Positions 37,298 through 50,584 of a DNA stretch of 60,601 nucleotides are shown here, in pieces. The notes under the pieces are model-generated. The model searched no databases. It had not been told where the DNA came from and saw only the letters and a list, made by a program, of their open reading frames with translations. How positions within the stretch are numbered: position 1 is the first letter of the stretch; every line of letters begins with the position of its first letter. A program made the position numbers and the translations under genes. Source of the stretch: Paraglomus brasilianum (taxonomy: Eukaryota); the NCBI GenBank assembly GCA_910592345.1, contig CAJVPI010000075.1, positions 1-60,601 on the forward strand, read 5' to 3'.

Positions 37298-38351
37298 ATG
37301 AATCGCATTGCTATTGCATATTTGATCTTCTCATTTCTCTTTAACTTTGGTGCCTCTTCTATAACTGTCCCCTCCCTTGTAGTCCGCAGTCCAGGTATTA
37401 TTTTTAAACTGGTAACTTCTACGCTAAATTTTTTATCAAATAATTATTTAACAAAAAGACTAAATATCAATGCTCACTAAAAAGTACACGGAAATGATTT
37501 TGGGGTTGGTGAGGACATTCCTTATGAGGTCTGCCCCGGACCTGGGATTACTTCAATTGATTCCATAGCGCTTATATCCAATGATCGATTTCATATCTTG
37601 GAAATAACTATATTAAGTATTACAGTACAGCCAGGTGAGTAATATTACTACTATCATTAGCATTAATTACAAATAGCAGCTAATTCATTGTTCTTTTTTC
37701 CCAAAAATTGATAGGAAAAAAGTGTCTCACATTCAAGTACCACCCGATCACAGGCCCACTTTCCCCCGCGCCTTTTTATGCCTTTCATTTCGTAGCTAAT
37801 AATCAGCTTTTGGCTAGTTCTGCGTCTTTTTCTGTCGGTAGCCCTGGATTCGGGCTAATTCTTACCCTTCCTGGCACGAATAAAAATGCTCATGTATGAA
37901 AATTTTAAGCCAAAGATTTCATGATGGAACAAGTTACCCAATCACGTATTAATATATACATAATTTTTATTATTTAGTGTGGTGGTAAACTCAGGGTCAA
38001 ATGGAAAGACCGTAAGTATATTTTTTAACGTGCCATGGTTTATTTTTGATTTGGAAGGGGGGGGTTTCAAGAAATTTAATCTATATTTTATAATATTTAA
38101 TTTTTACAGCATTTAAACTATACCAAGGTCTTACTTTTCTCGAATTTAACTTGGTTGAGTTTGTCGCAAGCGTTATTCAATTTTCGCCTCCAGCAGTGAG
38201 TGTTCCAGTTTCAGCGGGTGAAAGAACCGTCCGAATCCCTCGGGGTCTTAAAAACCATCATAATTATAATGTTGCGGTTCGCGTTGTTCGCAACGGTGTA
38301 ACTGAGCAATACTATTCAGATAATTTCAGGATCAGCGGCTGTAAAAACTAA
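37298..38351 (+). CDS. Predicted secreted 233-aa beta-rich protein (five exons)
   Basis: Exons 37298-37394, 37485-37634, 37715-37893, 37978-38011 and 38110-38351 splice into one open frame. N-terminal signal peptide MNRIAIAYLIFSFLFNFGASS; four Cys. Confidence 0.8.
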
Positions 38352-39077
38352 TAGAGAGTGCAATGTCGATCGCTAGAGTTATTTTAATTTATGCATCAAC
38401 AACATTGTTTTGCGACAGATATTGACATACTTCTTCATAATTAAATATTGCTTTGGTTCCACCTGTGTACTTGTTTACGACTATTATAATCCTTTGTCGA
38501 TAATATAGTCATATTTGATCGTATCGCAAACTTTAACATTAAAAGTAATACTTTGGGTTTTCAGTAAATTTTTTCTGAATACAACATGTCCCTCGATTAT
38601 CTCTTGTAAGCCATTCGGCTATAGATTGTTTATAACATTGAATCGCTTGCAGCAAGCTAACATATATGCAAGAACAATCATGCTTTTTTTATTAGGGACG
38701 GTTTGATTCCATTTCATCGATATTTATTGAGAACAAGAGTTAGAAAACTCAATTCTGAGATCTGAGCTGAAAGTGCTCGGCAGCCATTTCAAATAAAATT
38801 AATATGTTTTGGACTTGGATTTCGTTATTAATGATTATCATACTTGTAATCCCAGTACCGCAGAAATTACTTGATTATTTCACAGTTCACAATAAAAGCG
38901 AGCTATATCAGTGGGGTTTTCCCCATCCACATATAATAAGATGGAAAATAATGTAAGAAACGGTATTGTTTGGCGCATACAAAATAAGTAAAATAGAAAC
39001 ATATTGCAAGCTAGTTAAATCGCACATTATTATAATTCTAATGGGGGATTACTGTTAGTTAATACGTAATAGAAATA

Positions 39078-39627
39078 CATAAATGCACGCCCTTGGGGAC
39101 GGAGGGTGAGGAAAAAATCTGATTGGTTTCAATTATCATTGGTTATTTGTTTAAAAAATTGATCCATCGTTATTGTAATTGACTTTCATACTAATCAAGT
39201 GCTTTGACATGTTTAAACAATCCGCAGAGTCTTCTTGTTCTTGCAAAGCAGCATAGATCACTAGCTTTTTGATTCATTAGCGCTAATGATTACGGGCCCA
39301 GCACCATAATCGGCTTCTTCCCTGCTAGTATCGGTAAATATTTGGTCTTTATATAATTCGATATCAGAAACTGCTTCTTCTTATTATTATTATTCTTCTT
39401 CTTGATTATTTAGAAAACCTTCAACTGACTTACTGTCAGACAAGAATTTTAACATTGCGAGTCGAATTTAACAGTAATTTCTTTATTTGTTGCGTAAGTG
39501 GCACAATTTGATATATCAATGTGTAACTCTATAATATTGTGTAAATCACGGGCGTGCAAAATGTAGAGGGTGTGCATTTACGTCTAACTCCCAAGCTTGG
39601 GAATGGGGGAGATAGCGTGCATTTATG
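39078..39627. mobile_element. Possible non-autonomous TIR element remnant
   Basis: cataaatgcacgc(cc) at 39078 is inverted at 39568-39582 (imperfect) and at 39615-39627 (perfect 13 bp). Confidence 0.4.
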
Positions 39628-41186
39628 GAGGGTAAAAAAAATTAGGTATTTCAAACCCCCCCCCCCTCTGCCAATTATCTTTTATTCTATGTATTGTAAG
39701 GAAAAACAAAAATATAGTATTGCAAAAACTTGACGGTAATTGTGCAGCTTGGAAGCTACAGTATGTCAATGTTTCTTATGCCATTGATTGAACCGATAAA
39801 AAAAAGTTTCGATAATTAATTATTATATTTACAATTTACAGTAACATTTCATGTTCAATTAAAGAATTCGATTTTAATAAACACGGAATTTAAGAAGGTA
39901 GTTCGATAGTCCAAATTTGAGAGCTATAAATATACTCGCACTTAAATTTAGAAAACTATAAGAATATGCTGTACGTTATGCAATAGCTTTGAAACGTATT
40001 TTCCCCAGATTGTACTCTTAAAGTAGATAACTTCCGATGCCAGCCTTGGCGCTATGCTATTGGGGCAAGTCTTTATTGATAAATACAATAGGATCTGCGG
40101 TCAAACGTGCAGACAATTAAACAGCGCTATTTAACTTTGGCCAAAGATTTGGAAGTAACTAAATTTTATTCTGGCAATTGTCAAGCTGTCTCGCTAGCAG
40201 CAAATTATTTATTTTCTTTAAGCCACTGATAAAGTCTAATTTACATTGCATTTATTTAAAGGTATAAATGACACAACACATCCATATTGGTTTTCGTAAT
40301 TAACCTCGCAGTTTCAGTTTATACGTAGCGAGACGTATCCATCTTGCTAACTTGTCATTATTTAATATAATAATTAAAATCCTTGGTGGTGATTTTTACC
40401 GATCTTTCTAACTAGAGGTTGACCCAGAAACTGATGCAATATTATCCAAGTACAAACAAATTTGAAACATGTTTGATTTTTCGAATAGTCCGGCTCAATG
40501 TTTCAGGCAAATTCACGTAGATTTATCCTTGGATCAAGCCATTTGCTAATAAGACGCCGGGCGATAAATGAAAGTGGCTATTAAGATAATAGGTAACACT
40601 TTTGTGACCAACACTCAAAGATAATTAACGGAGACCCTTATTCTCATCTTGTTGATAATTGCTACAGAGGAGGTTGGCTCAAAATTCACACTTTTGATCA
40701 GACGTTTCATCAAGGCGTAATTTGTAATATCTAATATGCTAAACAAGAGTGTAATTTTATTGTATCGACTATTTTATTGTATCGGTTTCTCTTTTTAATA
40801 TTTTCCCCTTCAGTCAACTTGCACAGCACATGGAAAAACATGGAGCATTCTGTACTCGCGCAAATACGTTTTTCAAGATGTACGTACATCGGCCTTTTTC
40901 TTGAAACAAAAAATTAGATTGTTAGACTTCACAAAGATACTTTTACAATATATTATACGAGCGCCAAGAAATTCGATCGTCGGAGCTCATACCCAATTCG
41001 TACTTGAAAGCTTTTTCTTTTTATTATGTACACATGATCAAATTATTGTGTGAATCATAATAATATACCACTAAATAAATTCGTAAATTTGATAGCTTCT
41101 TGACAATTCTATAATACTAACAAGTTTGTACTCAAACTCCACAGGTAAACCACAACCGAATCCCAACCGTAGCATGTTTACTTATA

Positions 41187-42417
41187 TCATAAATTGAAAA
41201 TAGCCATAGAAATTATTAAGACAATCAATAATGCATGTGATGACAAATAGTGAGAACTAGGAGAATTCGACGATGAATTGTAAGATGATGTGTTATTCGT
41301 TGAAGTTGCATTGGCTGTACCATCTGTACCATCAGTAGCGTTAGGCGGAGCCGGTCCGCTGGCAACTAGTTGAACGTTCTCAACATACGGTTGCAATCCC
41401 GTACATACAGACACGGGCTTTATGGTGTATCCAGCATTTCGAACAATGTTTACGGCTGCAGGAGCATTGGCAGCACCTACTGGATACAAATCATGTTCAA
41501 GCGAAATGTGACCCTTTGAATCAGTAACCCATTGTGTGAAATTGCCCGTAATCCAAGAGGGCTGGTAACTAGGGTCACTGCCCGATTTCCAATCGAATGT
41601 GTCACGATCCCACAATAAAATTTTGTATCCCAACTGAGTTATAATAGATCTTACTCTGTCATCTATGTCACCTAATGGAGGTCTCATAAACTTGGGAGTC
41701 AACCCGACGGCGGTTTGAATTGCCAACTCGGTCCATTTAAGTTCAGCAATGATTTGTTGTGTTGATACAGTAGTAAGTGACGGATGTGACCATGTGTGTA
41801 TTACTATTTCGTGTCCTTCGTCTTTGATGCGTTGGAGGATCTCGGGACGTTCGACGACACGTGAACCAATGACGGCGAAGGTGACTTTAGTATTGGTGCT
41901 TTTTAGAAAGTCGAGAAGTGCTGGTGTGTAAGGTGACGGGCCATCATCATAACTGATACCCCACTCTGGGAAATCGTTAATGAATTTGTTATAGATGAGT
42001 ATAAATAAACTTGTAATAAAATTCTTGTATCACATATCCATCAAACCCCAATTCCTCTACCTCAAAACCTCCGCTTTGTTCAGACCTAATCAGCCCATCT
42101 TATTCACTTCTCTCATTTCTGTATAGTGCCTCCATCATACCTTTGTTGTTTGGACAAGCTACGACATCTGATGCATTTCGTATACAAGTATTACATGACC
42201 ATATACAGAATTCTACAGCCTTGGAACAATCTGCAGCTTGTGCAGTTTGTACGGGAGCTTTTGGTAGTTTCTTTAGGTCAACCAATTTAGCCCATTCTGG
42301 CTTCATTGGAGGAGCTTGATCCAGAGTTGGCCATGTTCCTGGCAGCGCTGCCTCGGAAAGAGATAGAAATATAAGAAGCACTGTTGTGAAGAGAGCTGAT
42401 AAAGATGCCAAATGCAT
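41187..42417 (-). CDS. Chitin deacetylase (CE4/NodB), secreted, predicted GPI anchor
   Basis: Signal peptide, Cys-rich N-region, ISYDDGP, HTWSHP, MRPPLGD, DTFDW, ISLEHD, S/T-rich region and hydrophobic tail; one intron. Confidence 0.93.
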
Positions 42418-45400
42418 TATGATATTAATGAATGGGATAAGTATAAATTGAAAGTTTGACTATGTTATTCTAATTGGAAAGAGGGGGGAGGAGAAATGAG
42501 CGTCTGTTGGGAAGGGGGGAGGGGGGAGGGTTTAAATGGAAGTGAGAATACTGTACAAAATCAATTTGCACAATGAGGAGTAATGACGAAAGTAAAGTGC
42601 CGAGGAAATGTTTGCGCGCTGAGGGGAATGCGATGGTCCTTGTTGAGGTTTATATATATATGGATTAGTTCTATTTATGGGGCACAAATACATGACCTGT
42701 ATAATATATAAATATCATCTTCAATATTGGCGGTGACTACGTTTGAGAATGCTCCAAACGGTTAGTTATAGTTATGGTAACACTAACGTTTACCGTAGAC
42801 AATACAAAAATCTGTAGGAGTAATAAATACGATACGGCAATTATATTGGCGCACACTTTAATTGTACATCTAGTTAATTATACTGGATTCAACGTTCACT
42901 GGAGAGGCCCATTCAAAAGTAACGTTTTAGAGTCTTTTGATAAAGTAACTAACTTATATCGCAGTTGGAGACTAACGACTATTGTCTCTACTCAATTATG
43001 AAAACAAATAAAAAATAGGAAAACTTGTCGATTCTTAGAGCACGAACTATTTGAGTTAGGGAATCTTATCGAAGCGATAAGATACGATCTATTTTGAATG
43101 TTGCTACAACTTAATTCGACGTCATATAATGAAAATACCCGCACGCTCGATGGCCGATTGAGTTAATACAAATGTGAGTAATAAGTCATCTAACATGATA
43201 GCAGCTTTGAGACAGACAAAGTGGGAAAATTAAATCGGTTTTAACATGTGTATGTAGGTAATATTCAATTATGTGAATGCAACCTCGTCTATGACCGTTA
43301 CGTTGATCTATTAATTATCGGCGGGTTTCATAATACCGTAAATCTTGGCAGAGATAAGGAACCTACATTTAGCGTTAGATTACTTAGATGGCTAATCATT
43401 TTTTACTCGGAATCCATTGGTGGCAAATACATTGTTCCTGATCGTCGCCTATGACATACATCTGATCCATAAATGGAGAGTTGTTTACCTTGGCATGCAG
43501 ATCAATATCTACCCAATTGGTCACAAATAAAAATTGCCTGGTCATTTGTACTCGGGGGAGCGCAAAATTCTGAGAAGCGTTTTCCGCCACTGTTAGTTCT
43601 AAATAGGTGTATGCTTGATCATGAACAGGTATGGATCTTAGGAAAGATCGCACTAATTACGTCAAACCTTTTAATTAACCTGATTTGTTTGTGACCCTTA
43701 ACATGTTTGTATTCATCTGTCTGACGAAACTTCAGGAGGCGGCTCTTTGTACTCGAACTTATGTTTATACCGCTAATTTGGATTTATGTCTAATCCGATT
43801 GCATCATTATGACGTTGTAGAGATATACCCATTATACAGCATAGAGCGTTATCATTAGAGTAAATATTATTGCAAAGCTTCTTTTATCTGTTTTGACTTT
43901 AACCGTCGATTGCGTATTTGTATGAGAATTATTGGGTTATCCTTTTTACCTTGGCTCCGGGAGAACTTTATCACTGTGTCATTGTCATAATTTATTATTT
44001 AGGTACCTTTTTAATGCAACTAATTTCAAAATAAAATACCGCATTTCAACGTGCAGCTATTAACTGCTATAATAAAGCATAACCTTTCAAATACAAAACA
44101 TAATGGCACAAAGATAGATTTATTCGAGGACGCTGCGGTGTTTCTTGACTAAGAGGGTCTCTTGTTCTTACTACTATAATAGATTATTTGTCTAATACAA
44201 CATTGTATGATGCGCGACAATTTTTAACCTTTGACCTTAGTAAAATACCGTGTTTGCATACTATACAGTACTTTAATTGCATTTAAAGAAAACAGTTACA
44301 ATGTTGTTATCAGTTCCATTGAAGATTATATTACTATCTGATAAACCGTTTCCGCTGAATGAAATATGCATGTTTATTAACATCGAGAAATAACAATGGA
44401 GAACATGCGTAAAGAGGGCTGCGTAACGCAATATCTTTGCAATACCAGTAACCAATATCAAGATAAAGCTAAATATAAGACAAATACAAAGCGCAATCTA
44501 TATTAATACAAGTAAGCATTCTCACCTGCAAGATATTGTCCCGCCAGCTAAAGAGGGAGCAGCTGACTTTGAGATTTAGCTCGATATTCAGCCTCAACCT
44601 TTCTTGACAGTTGGTAAGGTTCCCAACTCATGTAGTCAATACGATCTTGCTGACGATAATACTAAATTTATTACAGCCGTAAGTTAAGGCTATTCACAGT
44701 TAAAGCAAGTTTTGCAAATAACAGTAAAGGGATTACGATTCTTTCGTCCGTATTGTCTTTACTGTTTCTTCTATCTGATCAATAGATTAATTATCCACAA
44801 GTCTATTCGCTATTCATTAGATTTGCGTATTATTGCGACTTTATTTCAAATTATTTCGATTAATTGGGAACATTAGGACATTAAAACATTAGACACATAG
44901 GAACATTAAACATGTAGAAAAATGAGAGAAATTTATCGTATTATTCGTAAGACACTTGATTTAATCTGCCGTGAGAATTTATTTCTTTCGGTAGCAGACG
45001 CTTATCACCGCGCATCACATGTAGAATTGCCTAATTTTACAGAGTAATTCAATCGCATCCATGACAATATACTAGAAACATGAAACTTCCAGTCTGTACA
45101 ATAGTGTTTAGTAAAGTTTCTACAAGATTACTATGTATTATATAGTAGAAGGGCACATCAGTTGTAAGGATTTCATTCCCTAAATTAACTGGTAAAAAAC
45201 ATTCCGTTGCATGAACCTAGAGCTATCTGTTGTACAATTGTCTCTCTTAAACCTAATTAATCCTACAAGCGCAGCGTATTTTTTATCTTTTATCTGTAAA
45301 GACATCAAATTAAGATGTATTCTCTAATTGCGTGGCGTCTGTTTATGTTAGCAGCACTATTTTGCAATCATTGTAGAAAAAGAATGTAAATACAGTTGGT

Positions 45401-46967
45401 TTAAAGTATAGAGATTCTTCTCAAGACTGTTGTATGTATGCCGAACACTTTGGATAACAGAGGTTTGATAGTGCATGCTTGCAATGTACAGAAGTAGTTA
45501 TTATCTAATTAATCAATGTTACTGATCTCTTTTGTTCGCTCATTTGCATCAGATGTTAATGTTAAGTTGTCTAATACTGTATATTGATAAAATAATACAT
45601 TAATGTTTTGGTTACTATAATAATAGAAGTCTTTTACAGTTAACGTGAATATTAATATGGGTAATATTAAATGCTTATATTGAAACTATAAAAATGTATT
45701 AGAGATTAACTTAAAGCAAAGTGAAACCAAATTTTAATAACAATTTGGTAAGGTAAGTATATGCCCTGAAGAGTTAAGCACTTACTATAAATAAAAGTAT
45801 CAACAAATAATGTTGCACGTTATTAATTATGTAGTCAACAAGTTTTATATGTGCAATACATAATACGTATGTAATATAAGTGATCAAAAAGTAAAATTGT
45901 AAAATGTTCTATTATTTAATATCGGTATATAAAATGTATATGATTTATACTCCGCGGAATTTGCATTGTTTTGTACGGAAAGACCATTCTGCATGCTTTG
46001 CGCATGGAAATGTTTACTAGTTACAAAGCATTGGAAATCTCAAAAAATGAAATTTAATGTAGTGAATTAGACGTACTTGGCTGGTCATGGAGACTTGATT
46101 TATTAAATTCGAAGCACCGTTTTCTATTCTATTCATTACTTAATATTTGGTTTTTAACGACTGCGTTATAAAAGGCTTTTATTGACATTTATATATAATC
46201 TTTTAATTATGCAGACATCAGGTTTGGTTAAACCAGGTATACAGTCAGTCAAACGGTATTAACATGTCGCGTGTAAGTAAGACTGGTCAATGGTTCTCGA
46301 GAATGCGCGCGTGAGCCAACTAACAAGGCTAGAATAATTTAAGGATAAAAATTTGAACATTCGTACCTATAGATTCTATTTATTTATTTGAATACGCAAA
46401 GGTGGGGTTTTGGCTATAGAAAAGCTTGAGAGGCTCTAACAATTGTCGATAAACTGTACATGGCATCTTTTGTGTCACGGTAGTATTGCGATAACGATAA
46501 ACATATTAATATTATAATTAATATCGTGGTTAAATGAAGAAAATCTTCTAATTTCCCTTTGTTCGTTCTATTTTTGGAGCCGTATGACCTTCAGGGGGGA
46601 GAACGTGAGAAAATCAGAATGGACTCGGAACTATGTCAGATTGGCCAATGTCCAAAGTCACACAACCTCATATGACATTAGCATCCTAACTTGGGAGTCA
46701 CGCATGAGGGGGTGGGACTACACATGATTCACATGCACCACGATCGACAGGATATATGACAAAATGAAATGTATTTTTTTAATTGACATGATTCCCAAAA
46801 AGCCATATAACAAATTTAGTTTTGAATAGTCAACGGATTGTGTCGGGTTTGATGCCTTTGTGTGGGCAAAATACATTGCGAAAATGAATAAAATATATTG
46901 TCAATGCAATTCTATATGCTATTTTAACAATCAACAATTCACCAGGAAAAAGTACATATTACAAAAT

Positions 46968-48148
46968 TTATATTATCAAACCAAAAAACATTATACAGAA
47001 TGTTGAAGTAACAAACAATGCAAACGACGATAAATAATCCGTAGATAAAGACGCATCCGATTGGGATGAATCAGTCGCGGTTGGCACAGCAGATGTTGTT
47101 TCCGTAGCAGAATTTGTTGTGGCAGATGGAGTTGGTGTGCTATTTATTATAGGAGTTGGTGTTGTCGAATTGCTATCTTCTACATAAAACTTTGTTCCCA
47201 AACATGTACCCACTGGCTTGGCAGCAAACCCGGCCTTTAAAATAATATCAAGAGCTTTGGGAGCTTCTGCAGCAGCTACTGGATATAAATCGTGTTCAAG
47301 CGAAATATGTCCGGTTGGTGATTTCTTGGCAACAGCTTTTTTGATTACGTTGGTAATAGAGGCTCGGTTAAACTTTGGGTTATTATCTGATAGCCAATCA
47401 TTGGTGTCTACGTCCCATATGGTAACTTTGTATCCCATCTGATTTGCGATACTTCTTACTCTATCATCGACATCTCCATAAGGTGGTCTCATGTATAAGG
47501 GCGTAATTCCAGTAATTGTTTTGATTATGGTTTCTGTCCATTTTAGTTCAGCCATAATTTGCTCATTTGTTAAAGTAGTAAGGTAAGGATGTGACCATGT
47601 GTGTACGCCTATTTGGTGTCCTTCAGCAACTGTGCGCTTGAGAATGTCGGGATTTTCAAATGCACGCGAACCAATGATAAAGAAAGTGGCTGTAACGTTA
47701 TTCTTTTTAAGATAATCGAGAAGCGCTGGCGTGTATGTTGATGGCCCGTCATCATAGCTTATACCCCAATCTGGATTATTAGAGAGAGTGTTAAAATATT
47801 GTTACAAACAAAATTCAATTTACCACATCACTTGTTAAATTTGTAAAATGTAATCCAATCACAATTCATACCATTTTGCCCCGGACAGATTGTAACATCG
47901 CCTGGTCTCTTACAATTATCACATGACCAGTTGCAATAAACCGCTGTTTGACTACAATCGCCTGCAGCCTTTTTTTGTACAGGAGCGTTTGGTATGCTTG
48001 AGACGTTAACCAATGCAGCCCACTGTGGTGCCAACGAAGGAGTTTGATCCAAAGGCGGCCATTGCCCAGGTACATCTGCTGCGGAAGGAGATGGAAACAC
48101 GAACAGCGCTGTTACGAAGAGTGCTGATAAAGATGGCGTCAAATACAT
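46968..48148 (-). CDS. Chitin deacetylase (CE4/NodB) paralogue, secreted, predicted GPI anchor
   Basis: ISYDDGP, HTWSHP, MRPPYGD, DTNDW, ISLEHD; same intron position as the 41-42 kb copy. Confidence 0.93.
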
Positions 48149-50584
48149 TTTTACTCTGAAATACAGGAATTTTTTTTTCAATTCGCAATGATGTTAACAA
48201 GTTTATATATAAGATTCTGTGCCCCTTAATATTAAAATTTGTCGGGTTATTCGAGTTTTGTTTCTTTGCAAAAATGTATTATGCGTTCATGTGTGATTTA
48301 AACTTGTAATTATCTCCCGTTTAACGCTGATCGCATGTGATACGGATTTGGGTTGTATATACGACTCCCTCAAATCTAATGTCTGCTTGCTTTGGAGGCG
48401 GGGGTTTTTATACTTGTTGATAGCGGGAAAATATTCGAATTTATTTGTTTGCATCATGTGAACGGTTGTCTCCGTTTTTACTTTTACGTCTCACTGGTTC
48501 CGCTTATCCGCTAACCCATACTAGTTCTGATATACAACGCTCTTCATAGAATTTATCAAACCGATTAATATTTTACGCAGTAATCGGATAATCTATACAC
48601 AAGTAGCGATATTCGATGTCAGCAAGAACATTACACCAATGATATGGAACAAAATTAATTGATCATTACTAATATTGAATCGACATTAATTACGTCTATG
48701 AATTACTGCTATTTATATTTTCGTCAACTAAATTTAACCACTTCGGGAAGGAAGATTTGCGCTTCCTATTATAATGCTGTTTCGTTGGACAACGCACTGA
48801 ATTGTCACTTGTAGTAGTTAGTATTTCAGGTTAAAAATAGAATAAGCTGCGTACCTGGAACACCTAATTCATACGCCAAGATGCACATGATTCGTGTTGT
48901 TGAAATTGACTTATATATAACATATAGATTTGTACTGTTGTTCTGACGGTCAGAAACGCTTTTAGTATGAAAATCCGAAAAGTTTTGTATGCAGCTTGTT
49001 TATTGGAACGACTATCGGTAGAACATATAGTGGTCGTAAAATCCGCCCTCCCAACTATTCGATTGAATAAACTATGTGAAGAGAGAATAATAAAAAAAGG
49101 CGAGCGGAGAACTACCCTCATCGATGGATACATGACTACTGTGTATGCTTGCCCAAGCAAAATTTTAATCTACACCGAATGTGTGACCTCTTATCACCGA
49201 ACAAAATCACTGCCATACATTACTAGATACGAAACATTAAATCGTGCAGTTATTCTTTCCATCATATACATACAATTTATTGTAAGTATCTAGTGCTATC
49301 ATTATGTCCCCATGTTAGTGGCATTGTTCTCTTTTTCGAATTTTCGTTACTAATCTAGATAAGGGTTTATCATAAGTGCCTTGCACCTTTTTATATTTTT
49401 GTTCGTCCAAAAGATTGACCGCTTTCAAGCCTTACTATTTAAGAAAAGTATGACGATTTTACGTCCGTATATTAACTTAAATAATTAAGCTTACATCCAA
49501 TAATATCTTCGATTAGTTCAGTTCGATTCGACTATCTTGTTAGTTATTTTGCAGAATCATCGAAATTGCTAACGTCTACTCCATAATGCAATTACGTCGC
49601 TTGTATATTCCAAATCGCAATTATTTAGAAACTCTCTTAAATTTTGACATAGCGTGAGATTTCAATTATTTCTAAAGATTCTTTATTATCACAATATTAT
49701 TATTAATTTTCTTCGCCTATTGCGACATTTGTTACAGACAAAATTGTTTTAGTGATTTTGCAGCAATTACAATAAGAACTTGACAATGAATTTATGTTAG
49801 AAAAGTATTTCAGGTTGGGGAGGATAATTTTGATGCACGTATGTGGAATGGGATGCATGTCTAATTTGAACGCTCTAACCAAATTATCATATATCGATAT
49901 TAATCGCGTGCACGTACCTTTTTTTGGTGATCTCCGGGCGAACGTCACATGTAAGGTTGTGAGGTAGAAATGAATTTTTCAAAACAGCTTCCTGAAACAT
50001 CTGCTACTAACTAGTTTTGAAGTAGCAATGAGTCAACGTGTGTGAATATGTCGGAATGATACCTTGAATCATAGTTATTCATACATATAAGATGGCATGC
50101 CTCGATGGATGGCAAAAGAACGGAATTATTTTGCATATTAATCTTTAGTTACTCATTGAAAAGATATGACGCGCGACCAAATTTGGTGTGGTGTATATGT
50201 ATAGATACTTTTAATCAGTTCTCCAATAGAAAACTACTATATAGAATCGCAAAACCTGCTTTACGATAAACATAATCATCATAGCATTCATTCATACATA
50301 TACAACCAAAGTCTCTTTTTTTTTTTAATAAAAAAAAAAAGAGTGTAAGATAAAATAGAATTACAAATAGAATACAAATGACAATATCTATTATAGAACG
50401 GCTAGCTTTCTTATAACGAATTGTACTTTAGAGACATTCACGATTAGATTATAAACCAGTTATGATCATTAAAAATTCGAAGAGTGAATGGATAAGAGTT
50501 GGATCATGTAAAGAAAACCAACCAGCAATAATACATACTTTGACAAAACAAAGCGTTTTTCTTTTCTTTTCTTTTCACGCGTAT

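Noticed and set aside
42500..46900. Short ORFs between the two deacetylases
   Set aside because: No recognisable motifs or coherent splice models.
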